This document shows, piece by piece, positions 45,354 through 53,525 of a DNA stretch of 64,000 nt. How positions within the stretch are numbered: position 1 is the first letter of the stretch; each line of letters opens with the position of its first letter. The position numbers and the translations under genes are program-made. The notes below the pieces were generated by a model. The model was not told the DNA's origin. It ran no database searches and saw only the letters and a list, made by a program, of their open reading frames with translations. Source of the stretch: Candidatus Krumholzibacteriia bacterium (GTDB taxonomy: Bacteria; Krumholzibacteriota; Krumholzibacteriia; LZORAL124-64-63); contig JAWKQQ010000024.1 in assembly GCA_041390065.1 (NCBI GenBank), forward strand, positions 5,901-69,900. The letters run 5' to 3'.

Positions 45354-47624
45354 ATGGCGCGCCCCGTCCCGTTCCCGATCCTGTTCGTCGGCCTCGTGCT
45401 GGTCTGCGCGGGCTGTGCGCCGGCCGACCGCGATCCGCAGCTGCGGGCCCTCGCCCGCTGGGAAGATCGCCGGCTCGCGCCCACCGACTCGCTCTCGGCG
45501 CTGATCGCCGGCCCGGACGCCGTGGTGCGCCGGGCGGCCCTGCAGACCGCCGGCCGCATCGGCCGGACCGACGTGCTGCCGGCCATGATCGCCGCCCTCG
45601 ACGACCGCAGCCTCGCCGTGCGCGAACAGGCCGCATTCAGCCTCGGCCTTCTGGGCGACGACGCGGCCACCGGCCCGCTGATCCGGGCCCTGGATGATCC
45701 TCACCTGGGAGTCCGCGTGGCCGCGCTCGAGGGCCTCGGCCATCAGGAGCACGACGGCGCCGAGCTGATACGGTTCGCCGTCGACGGCGCCGAGCGGGAG
45801 GCCGCCGCCGCCTGGACGGCCCTGCGCAACGTGGCTGAACTCGCGGACCACGACAGCCTGGTGGCGGCGATCCGGGCCGGCCTGGCCCGCTCGGAGCCGG
45901 CCGTGCGCTGGCGGGTCCTCAGGTGCGCCGAGCGAGCCCCCGACTCCACGCTCGTGGCGCAGATCGCGCCCTACGCCGACGACTCCGACCCGCAGATCCG
46001 CGTGCACGCCCTGCGGGCCCTCGGCCGGCACTCCGGCGCGGCGGCCGCCGCGGCCGTGCTCGGGAGCGCCGAACGCCATGGCCGCCTGCGCGGCCAGGAC
46101 CTGCGCCGGGTGCAGGTGGCCGAACTGCGGGCCCTGGCCGGGCTGGCCGGGCCCCTGCTGGCCGACGCGCCGGAGGCCGACCCGACCGGAGTGCCGGGGC
46201 GGGCGGCGGCCGTGCTCGGGGACGGCGCGCAGAGCCGTGACCCGCAGGTGGCCGAGGTGGCGCTCGACGCGATGTCGGCCGCGGTGGCGCATCTCGCGTT
46301 GCCGGCCGAGGCCGCCCGCCAGGAGAGCCTGCTGCCGGTCTGGCGGATCCGCATGGTGCGGGTCGCCCGCGAGCGGCTGGACGACCCGGCCCCCGCCGTC
46401 CGCGGCGCCGCCTTCGGGGCGCTCGGCGCCCTGCGCGGACCGGGCGCCCGTCACGAACTCACCGCCGGGCTCGCCGACGCGGACCCGGACGTCGCCGGCG
46501 CCGCCGCGGCCGCCCTGATCGCCCTCGCTCCCCCGGACGACGAGTTGCAGGCCGTCCTGGAGCGGGCGCGAGACCGCGATCGCCGCACCTACGTGGCCGC
46601 CCTGACCGCGCTCGACCGCCTCTGGCCGGACACCGCTCCGCTGGACACCCTGCCCCGGTCCTGCCGGGGCTCGCTCGCCCAGGTGTTCGCCACCGAAGCC
46701 CTCGCCGACCCGGACTTCGTCGTGCAGGCCACCGCCGCCCGGCTGCTCGGCCGCTTCCCTGGCGGACCGGCGTGCCACGCCCTCGCACGGACCTACCAGC
46801 GGGCCACGGGCCCGGATGAGGGCATGGCCGACGTTCGGCTGGAGGTCATCGGCGCCTGGGATCACCTCTTCGCCGCCCTGGCCGCCGGCGCCCCGGTGCG
46901 GGCGCCGCGCTGCCTGCGGCGCACGTGGTTCGACTCCGTCGCCGCGGCCCGCGCCGTGGGCGTTCCCGATGCGCTGGCCGACGTGGTGCCGGTCGAGGAC
47001 GCCCACCGCGACGAGGTGGCCGGCCTCCTGCAGCGGGCCTTCGACGATCCCGACCTGCGGATCCGCCTGGCGGCCCGCGGTTGCGCCGAGGCCCACGGTC
47101 TGCTGCCGCCACCGCTGATCCCGACCGCGGCGAGCCTGCGCGAGACCCTGCCGGCCTTCGTGCGTGACCCCGCCCAGCCGCCGGTCACGCGGCCGTTCCG
47201 CGCGCCGGACCTGCACGTCGTCACCGACCGCGGCGCCTTCACCATCCGCCTCGATCCCGCGGCCGCGCCCAACACCTGCGCCGCCGTGCTCGCCCTCGCG
47301 CGGGCCGGATTCCACGAAGGCCTCACGTTCCACCGCGTGGTGCCGGACTTCGTGATCCAGGGCGGGTGCCCGCGCGACGACGGCTGGGGCGGCCCCGGCT
47401 GGACGCTCCGGAGCGAATGGTCGCGCCGGCCGTTCGTGCGCGGCACCGTCGGCATCGCCCACAGCGGCAAGGATACCGGCGGCAGCCAGTTCTTCGTCTG
47501 CCACAGCGCGCAGCCGCACCTCGACGGCCGCTACACCGTGTTCGGCGAGGTGGTCGACGGCATGGACGTGGTCGACGCGATCGAGCGCGGCGATCGTTAT
47601 CGAATGGAGGTGATCACCCGCTGA
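45354..47624 (+). CDS. HEAT-repeat lipoprotein fused to a C-terminal cyclophilin-type peptidyl-prolyl isomerase
   Basis: The lipobox is LVCAGCAP. There are more than ten HEAT/PBS-lyase-like repeats (VRRAALQTAGRIG, VREQAAFSLGLLGD, VRVAALEGLG...). The C-terminus reads FHRVVPDFVIQGGCP...GTVGIAHSGKDTGGSQFFV...LDGRYTVFGEVVDGMDVVDAI. Confidence 0.8.
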   Translation: MARPVPFPILFVGLVLVCAGCAPADRDPQLRALARWEDRRLAPTDSLSALIAGPDAVVRRAALQTAGRIGRTDVLPAMIAALDDRSLAVREQAAFSLGLLGDDAATGPLIRALDDPHLGVRVAALEGLGHQEHDGAELIRFAVDGAEREAAAAWTALRNVAELADHDSLVAAIRAGLARSEPAVRWRVLRCAERAPDSTLVAQIAPYADDSDPQIRVHALRALGRHSGAAAAAAVLGSAERHGRLRGQDLRRVQVAELRALAGLAGPLLADAPEADPTGVPGRAAAVLGDGAQSRDPQVAEVALDAMSAAVAHLALPAEAARQESLLPVWRIRMVRVARERLDDPAPAVRGAAFGALGALRGPGARHELTAGLADADPDVAGAAAAALIALAPPDDELQAVLERARDRDRRTYVAALTALDRLWPDTAPLDTLPRSCRGSLAQVFATEALADPDFVVQATAARLLGRFPGGPACHALARTYQRATGPDEGMADVRLEVIGAWDHLFAALAAGAPVRAPRCLRRTWFDSVAAARAVGVPDALADVVPVEDAHRDEVAGLLQRAFDDPDLRIRLAARGCAEAHGLLPPPLIPTAASLRETLPAFVRDPAQPPVTRPFRAPDLHVVTDRGAFTIRLDPAAAPNTCAAVLALARAGFHEGLTFHRVVPDFVIQGGCPRDDGWGGPGWTLRSEWSRRPFVRGTVGIAHSGKDTGGSQFFVCHSAQPHLDGRYTVFGEVVDGMDVVDAIERGDRYRMEVITR

Positions 47625-47636
47625 GCGTGGTCTCGG

Positions 47637-47665
47637 TTGCCTCCGGAGTCCGGCTGCCATACAGT
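47637..47665 (+). promoter_or_regulatory. Candidate sigma70-type promoter for the LVIVD/T9SS gene
   Basis: TTGCCT at 47637-47642, a 17-nt spacer, then TACAGT at 47660-47665 (TACTAT overlaps). It lies about 40 nt before the ATG. Confidence 0.4.
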
Positions 47666-47705
47666 ACTATTGTCGTCACGTTAGGCCCGACGAAAGGATG
47701 GCTGG

Positions 47706-49883
47706 ATGCGAACGTACCCGTGCCTGCTTGCGCTTGCGCTCCCGCTCGTCCTTCTCCTCGCGCCCGCCGGTCCGGTCGGCGCCCAGACCAACGATCTGAG
47801 CGCCCTCGGCTCGGCCCTCACCGGCCCGCCGCTGGTGCTCACCGGCGACCTGGTGATGGAATCGGTCGGCCTCAACGAGGTGATCCGCGACCTCTCCGAT
47901 CCCGTCCAGCCGACCCTCGTGGGCTGGCTCGACCACAACCAGAGCGGCTTCTACGGCGACCGTCTGCACAGCGGCGGCGTGGTCGTCGCCCTCAGGACCG
48001 GTCAGCCTTGGGGCTTCGAGGTCATCTCGGTGGCCGATCCCGCCCGGCCCGAGGTGGTGGCCTCGTCCACCGGGACGCCCTATGCCTCCGGCTGGTTCGG
48101 CGACGGCCAGCTGGTGCTCGCGAATTCCAGCTACTGCGTCTTCTACGATCTGCTCGACCCCTACGTCCCGGAGTTCAACGCCCTGCGCGTCCTCGGCGAC
48201 CACGAAGGCCGCCGCTGGTTCACCGCGCTCGACGGCCGCCTCTATGGCATCGATCGCGCCAACCGGGTGCGGGGCTTCGACCTCGCCGCCCCCAGCGATC
48301 CCCGCGACCTCGGCACGGCCGCGTTGCCGGGCACCCGGATCGCGGCCCTCGCGTCCGGCGACGGCGTGCTGTACGCCGTGGTCGCTGACGATGGTGCAGA
48401 CACCCAGACGCTGCTCGTCCTGCGGCCCGCCGAACCGCTGGCGTTCACCGTCACCGCCGAGGTTGCGCTCGGACCGGCGCCCGCGGTCGGCCGCACGAGC
48501 CTCGTCGTGGACGGCGCCCTGCTCCTGGCCGGCCTCGACGACGGCACCGTCCGCGCGTTCGACGTCACGACCCCGGATCACCCGCTGCCCGGCTTCGTCC
48601 TGCCGCGCCGCGCCGACCACCTCGCCCTCGGCCAGGACCATTTCTACGTCATGAGCGCCGACACCCTGCGCATCTACGGGCGCGCCGCCGCCGGGACGCC
48701 GGTGCTGTCCGCCAGCCGTCCGGTGATCCCCACCTACCGCACCGTGCTCGGCCGCGGCCCCGTCGTGCTCGCCCAGGTGGCCGAGACGCCGCACCGCGTG
48801 GTGCCCGTGGACATCTCCAACCCCAACCAGCCGCAGTCCGCGCCCGCCTGCGACCTCGGCTTCGGCGACATCCTCAGCTTCGGCAACGACCTGCTGATCA
48901 CCTCGCAGAACACCGAGCGCTTCGACGTCTGGGACGTGGCCGATCCGAACCAGCCCGTGCAGCTGTCCAGCACCGAGACGCCGGGCGTGCTGCACGGCCG
49001 GGCCCTGATCGACCGCGACCGCGTCGCGTTCGTCGACCTCGCGAGCATCGGCATCGCGCTCTACGACCTCAGCGATCCCGCCCATCCCGTGCAGGGCACC
49101 GGCATCCACACCCCGTATCCACGGGCCTACCGCGACGGCCTGCTGCTCAGCGGCGTGGGCAGCCCGCTGCGCCTGTTCGACGCTCACGACGTGCAACGCC
49201 CCAAGCTCAAGAGCCGCATCTGGCTCGACGGCTCGCCCCTGTCGGCGACCCTCGGTCAGGGCCTGGCCCTCGTCACCGTCGAGCGCCTGCCGGGCGAGGT
49301 CGCCCTCCACCTGTTCGACGTCTCCGATCCCGCCGCGCCCGCCGAGCTGAGCAGCGTCGCGCTGCCCGGCCGTGCGACCGCGCTCGTGGTACACGGCAAC
49401 CGCGTCTACGCTCAGGGCTACAGCACCACCTGGGTGGTGGACATCACCTCGCCGCGCTCGCCCCTGGTCGAGGGCGACTTCCCCACCTGGGGCCAGGCGG
49501 GCCGCGGCCTCGCCTTCCACGGCGACCTCACCGTCAACAGCGGCTGGCTGGTGTGCCTGCGCGACGCGGGCTACGTGATCACCGGCGCCCCGCCGGCCGC
49601 CGCGGCCGGCCTGGTCCTGCAGCCCGCGTACCCCAATCCGTTCAACCCGAGCACGACCATCGCGTTCGACGTCCCGCGGACGGGGCGATACGCGCTCCGG
49701 GTGTACGACCCGCGCGGTCGGCTGATCGCCACGTTGCTCGATGGCGAGCTGGTCGCCGGCGCGCACACCCGGCAGTGGCGAGGGGTTGACCCCGCCGGGC
49801 ATCCGCTCGCCTCCGGCGTCTACCTGGTGAAGCTGACCGGCAACGGCCTCGACGCCCACCGGACGGTGACCCTGATCAAGTAG
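47706..49883 (+). CDS. Secreted LVIVD-repeat beta-propeller protein with a T9SS-type (FlgD-Ig-like) C-terminal sorting domain
   Basis: The protein has a signal peptide and about 12 repeats ending in D(L/V)(S/A)DPxxP, for example VIRDLSDPVQP, FDVWDVADPNQP, LYDLSDPAHP and LFDVSDPAAP. The C-terminus reads AYPNPFNPSTTIAFDVP..GRYALRVYDPRGRLIATL...SGVYLVKL...RTVTLIK. Confidence 0.75.
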   Translation: MRTYPCLLALALPLVLLLAPAGPVGAQTNDLSALGSALTGPPLVLTGDLVMESVGLNEVIRDLSDPVQPTLVGWLDHNQSGFYGDRLHSGGVVVALRTGQPWGFEVISVADPARPEVVASSTGTPYASGWFGDGQLVLANSSYCVFYDLLDPYVPEFNALRVLGDHEGRRWFTALDGRLYGIDRANRVRGFDLAAPSDPRDLGTAALPGTRIAALASGDGVLYAVVADDGADTQTLLVLRPAEPLAFTVTAEVALGPAPAVGRTSLVVDGALLLAGLDDGTVRAFDVTTPDHPLPGFVLPRRADHLALGQDHFYVMSADTLRIYGRAAAGTPVLSASRPVIPTYRTVLGRGPVVLAQVAETPHRVVPVDISNPNQPQSAPACDLGFGDILSFGNDLLITSQNTERFDVWDVADPNQPVQLSSTETPGVLHGRALIDRDRVAFVDLASIGIALYDLSDPAHPVQGTGIHTPYPRAYRDGLLLSGVGSPLRLFDAHDVQRPKLKSRIWLDGSPLSATLGQGLALVTVERLPGEVALHLFDVSDPAAPAELSSVALPGRATALVVHGNRVYAQGYSTTWVVDITSPRSPLVEGDFPTWGQAGRGLAFHGDLTVNSGWLVCLRDAGYVITGAPPAAAAGLVLQPAYPNPFNPSTTIAFDVPRTGRYALRVYDPRGRLIATLLDGELVAGAHTRQWRGVDPAGHPLASGVYLVKLTGNGLDAHRTVTLIK

Positions 49884-49919
49884 CCTCCAGGGTCGGGAAT
49901 TCCGAGGCAGCATCGCGAC

Positions 49920-49947
49920 GGCCCCGCTCCCATCCGGGAGCGGGGCC
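49920..49947. terminator. Hairpin between convergent genes
   Basis: ggccccgctccc-atcc-gggagcggggcc forms a perfect 12-bp stem between the stops at 49883 (+) and 49985 (-). Confidence 0.5.
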
Positions 49948-49984
49948 GCAGTGCAGCACCGTCGCGACGTTCGCCCCCGGGTTC

Positions 49985-51232
49985 TCAGCTCCTGAGCGCC
50001 TGGGCCAGCGACTTCCAGGTCGGCGACGCCCCGTAGAGCAGGATGCCGGCCCGGAAGAGCTTGCCCGACGCCTTCACTGACCACCAGATCGTCAGTCCCA
50101 GCAGCAGCCACGAGAGCACCACCTGCCACACGGGCGGGCTGCTCACCGAGATGCGCATGAACATGAGGATGGGCGAGAAGAACGGCACGAGCGACAGGAC
50201 CGTGGCCACCGTCTGGTCGGGCGCCTTGATCACCAGCATCATCAGCATGATCGGCAGCACCAGGCCCATGGTCAGCGGTCCGGAGAACTGCTGCGCGTCC
50301 TGGATCGAGTTGCACATCGCGCCGATGCCGGCGAACAGGCTCGCGTACAGGAAGTAACCCAGGAAGTAGAACAGCAGGAAGTTGATCCAGAACCAGGGAC
50401 CGAACAGGGTGAGGTTGATGTTCGCCCCGCCGACGGCGATCCCCTGTGCCGACAGCGCCACGCCGGCGAGCGTCCACACCGCCACCTGGGTGAGCGTGGC
50501 CAGGCCGATGCCCATCACCTTGCCGAACATCAGCTCCTCGGGCTTGAGGCTGGCGAGCAGCACCTCCACCATGCGGCTGCTCTTCTCCTCGATCACCACC
50601 GTCAGGTTCTGCTGGCCGTACACCAGCACCATGAAGTAGATCATCATCACCATGACGATGCCGCCGATGATGCCGACGTCGGCGTTCGACTGCTCCTCGG
50701 CGCCCTCGGTCAGGGTGAGCGACGACCAGTCGGCGCTCGCCAGCAGGTACGTCTGGCGGTCGGCGGCCACGCCCTCGCGCTTGAAGCGTTCCTCGCGCAG
50801 CACGCGGTTCAGGGCCGGCGACAGGGCGTCGCCGCGCAGCACCTCGGCGCCGACCGACGTGTTGTAGAAGACCGGCTTCGGGTGCTCGAAGAAGTCGGCG
50901 GGGATGACCAGGCCGGCGTCCACCGCCTCCGAGCGCACGAGCGCCTTCAGTTCGTCGACGCAGGCGTCGCCGCCGCCGCAGTCGAGGATCCGCAGGGTGA
51001 CGTGGTCGTCGCCGAGCTCGGCGAGCTTGGCCGCGAGCGCCGCGCCCACCTCGCCGGTCGCGTCCACCACGCCCACGGTGCGGTCCTGATCCTCGGCCAC
51101 CCGCGCCACGAGGGTGGGACCGAGCACGAGCAGGCCCATCAGCGCGGGGCCGATCAGGGTGCCGATGAGGAACGCCTTGCTGCGCACGCGCTCGAGGTAC
51201 TCCTTGCGGATCACCGTCAGGACCTTGCTCAT
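49985..51232 (-). CDS. ABC-2-type transporter permease (NatB/YhaP-like, large first extracytoplasmic loop)
   Basis: This is the 415-aa C-terminal part of track ORF 49985..52375, starting at MSKVLTVIRKEYLERVRSKAF. The start overlaps the ATPase stop (ATGA). Six TM helices are predicted, with EEKSSRMVEVLLAS typical of the family. Confidence 0.8.
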   Translation of the reverse strand: MSKVLTVIRKEYLERVRSKAFLIGTLIGPALMGLLVLGPTLVARVAEDQDRTVGVVDATGEVGAALAAKLAELGDDHVTLRILDCGGGDACVDELKALVRSEAVDAGLVIPADFFEHPKPVFYNTSVGAEVLRGDALSPALNRVLREERFKREGVAADRQTYLLASADWSSLTLTEGAEEQSNADVGIIGGIVMVMMIYFMVLVYGQQNLTVVIEEKSSRMVEVLLASLKPEELMFGKVMGIGLATLTQVAVWTLAGVALSAQGIAVGGANINLTLFGPWFWINFLLFYFLGYFLYASLFAGIGAMCNSIQDAQQFSGPLTMGLVLPIMLMMLVIKAPDQTVATVLSLVPFFSPILMFMRISVSSPPVWQVVLSWLLLGLTIWWSVKASGKLFRAGILLYGASPTWKSLAQALRS

Positions 51233-52197
51233 GACACGCTCCTCTCGACGGTGGCCGCGCCGTCGCGCTGGCGGCGGACGGCGGCGAGGAAGATCTCGCT
51301 GAGGGTGGGCCGGTTGGCCGCGAACAGGGAGAGCGGTCCGGCCGCGGCCAGCGGCGCGAGCAGCTCGCCGGGATCGCGACCGGCCTCGACCTCCAGCCGC
51401 CAGGTCCCCTCCTCGAGGCGGCGGCCGATCGTGCCGGGCAGGTCGGCTGGCGGCTCCGCGCCGTCCTTGTAGGCCACCCGCACCATCTGGAACGGGAACC
51501 CGCGGCGGATGTCGTCGAGCGGGCCGTCGAGGATCTTCTGCCCGCCCTCGATCAGGCACACGGCATCGCAGAGGCGCTCGGCCTCGGCGAGCATGTGGGT
51601 GGAGAAGAGGATGGTGGTGCCCTGCTGCTTCTGCTCGAGGATGAGGTCGCGCAGCAACTCGATGTTCAGGGGATCGAGGCCGCTGAACACCTCGTCGAGG
51701 ATCACCAGATCTGGCTCGAAGATGAACGTGGCCGCGAACTGCAGCTTCTGCTGCATGCCCTTGGAGAGGTTGTCGACCTTCTTCTTGAGGTAGTCGCCGA
51801 GCCCCATGCGGACGATCCACTGCTCGGCGCGGGCCATGGCTTCGCGGCGCGGCACGCCCTTGAGCTGGGCGAGGTAGGCGAGCTGGTCCTGGCAGGTCAT
51901 CTTGCGGTAGAGGCCGCGTTCTTCCGGCAGATAGCCGATCCGGTCGCGGAGGCGGCGGGTCAGCGGCTGGCCGGCGAACGTCATCACGCCGGCGTCGGGC
52001 AGGATGATGTCCATGAGGCTGCGGATGGTGGTCGTCTTCCCGGCGCCGTTCGGGCCGAGGAAACCGTAGATCGCGCCGCGCGGGATCGAGAGGCTGACGT
52101 CGGCGACGGCCTGCTTGGCGCCGTAGCGCTTGGCGAGGCCATCGACGACGAGCAGAGGCTCGCCCACCGGCGGCAGGTCCGGCTTGATCGGGGTCAT
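51229..52197 (-). CDS. ABC transporter ATP-binding protein
   Basis: The start was chosen at MTPIKPDLPP (52197). Walker A is GPNGAGKTT, the signature is LSKGMQQKL, Walker B is LVILDEVFSGLDP, and the H-loop is FSTHML. Confidence 0.9.
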   Translation of the reverse strand: MTPIKPDLPPVGEPLLVVDGLAKRYGAKQAVADVSLSIPRGAIYGFLGPNGAGKTTTIRSLMDIILPDAGVMTFAGQPLTRRLRDRIGYLPEERGLYRKMTCQDQLAYLAQLKGVPRREAMARAEQWIVRMGLGDYLKKKVDNLSKGMQQKLQFAATFIFEPDLVILDEVFSGLDPLNIELLRDLILEQKQQGTTILFSTHMLAEAERLCDAVCLIEGGQKILDGPLDDIRRGFPFQMVRVAYKDGAEPPADLPGTIGRRLEEGTWRLEVEAGRDPGELLAPLAAAGPLSLFAANRPTLSEIFLAAVRRQRDGAATVERSVS

Positions 52198-52387
52198 GAT
52201 GCGTGGCCTTCCTTCCGTCCGACGGAGTCGGGGTTCCGTTGAGGAAGCGGCGGGTCGCACGGGATGCCTGCGGATGAGGCGCAACCAGCCGACTGCCGGC
52301 GGCGCGTCCGCGAGGGGCGTCGGCGCCGGCCGTGGCGCTTCGTACGTCGGTGACCGGCGGAGGTTGCGTCAGCACCGCGCCGGTGGC

Positions 52388-52433
52388 AACGAGAAAGACG
52401 CCCGGACCTCGCGTGGCGGTCGGTCCGGGCGTC
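52388..52433 (-). terminator. Intrinsic-terminator-like hairpin with a U-tract, orphan (no upstream CDS on this strand)
   Basis: The minus strand reads gacgcccggacc-(13 nt)-ggtccgggcgtc followed by tttctcgtt. The stem is 12 bp and perfect. It lies 190 nt upstream of the ABC ATPase start. Confidence 0.45.
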
Positions 52434-52704
52434 GGTGCAACCTGCGGTCCATCCTCGCTGCCGGGTGTCCCCTGGAGACCTCAGGAAGCAAGGAATTGAT
52501 CCATCGGCTCCTCGAGGCGAGCCACGGCTGAAGACAGCCGCAGGTTAGTCCGTGGAGGGTCGTGTGACCCGACGGTGGGATGATGACAGCCAGATTTCAC
52601 GGATTCATCACGGCGTGGTTCTATTTTCGTTGCGAATCTAATTTTTGATCTAAAACGATACGTATTCTTGATAAAAGTCTCCCGATTCAGCCACAATACA
52701 CCGC

Positions 52705-52734
52705 TTGGCAGCCATTCTAGCGAAATGGTATAAT
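52705..52734 (+). promoter_or_regulatory. Strong sigma70-type promoter (extended -10) for the response-regulator/kinase pair
   Basis: TTGGCA at 52705-52710, an 18-nt spacer ending in TGG, then a consensus TATAAT at 52729-52734. It lies 57 nt before the ATG at 52791 and is embedded in the most AT-rich stretch of the window. Confidence 0.55.
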
Positions 52735-52790
52735 TGCAGTTAGCCGAAAGTATCACGGCCCCCACGCCAAGGACGAAAGTGACAATTCCC

Positions 52791-53518
52791 ATGTCCGACG
52801 CCACCGCCGCCAGCAGACGCCTGCTCCTGGTCGAGGATGACCAGGAACTCATCGACCTGCTGAGCCTGCACCTGCAGAGCGAGGGGTTCCAGGTGACGGC
52901 CGCCGCCGACGGCGAGGCCGGCCTGCACGCGTTCCAGGACGGCAGCTTCGCCGTGGTGATCCTGGACTGGATGCTGCCGAGCATGTCGGGCCTGGACGTG
53001 CTGCGCGAGATCCGGGCCCAGGACGCCCGCACCCCGGTCCTGATGCTCACCGCGCGCAACGAGGAGGCCGACAAGGTGCTCGGCCTCGAGCTCGGCTGCG
53101 ACGACTACATGACCAAGCCGTTCTCCGTGCGCGAGCTGGTGGCGCGGGTGAAGGTCCTGCGCCGCCGGGTCGAACGCGCCGAGGAGCTGGCACGGATCGC
53201 GGCCGGCGATCAGATCCTCGACCTCGGCCCTTGAAGATCGACCACGGCAAGCGCAAGGTCGAAGTGCGCGGCGAACCCATCCAGCTCACGGTCAAGGAGT
53301 ACGACCTGCTCTACACCCTGGCCGCCCGCCCCGGCCGCACCTTCAGCCGCCGCCAGCTGCTCGACCTCGTCTGGGACCAGGACTCCGACATCTACGAGCA
53401 CACCGTCAACAGCCACATCAACCGCCTGCGCAACAAGGTCGAGGAGAACCCCAACCGTCCGCGCCTGGTGCTCACCGTGTGGGGCATCGGCTACCGTTTC
53501 ACCGAGGACTACCTGTAA
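52791..53518 (+). pseudogene. OmpR/PhoB-family response regulator, frame broken once at a C-run (53228-53230)
   Basis: The receiver domain is in track ORF 52734..53234 (LLLVEDD...VILDWMLP...MLTA...DDYMTKPF). The winged-helix domain is in track ORF 53231..53518 (LTVKEYDLLYTLAARPGRTFSRRQLLD...HINRLRNKVE...TVWGIGYRF). One extra C in ggccc|ttg would restore a single frame. Confidence 0.8.
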
Positions 53519-53525
53519 CCGAGCC

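Noticed and set aside
52481-53074. A 197-aa minus-strand ORF spanning the AT-rich intergenic region and the response-regulator N-terminus.
   Set aside because: Its upstream half is antisense to a well-supported receiver domain. Its downstream half crosses promoter-like AT-rich DNA with atypical codon usage. No motifs were found.
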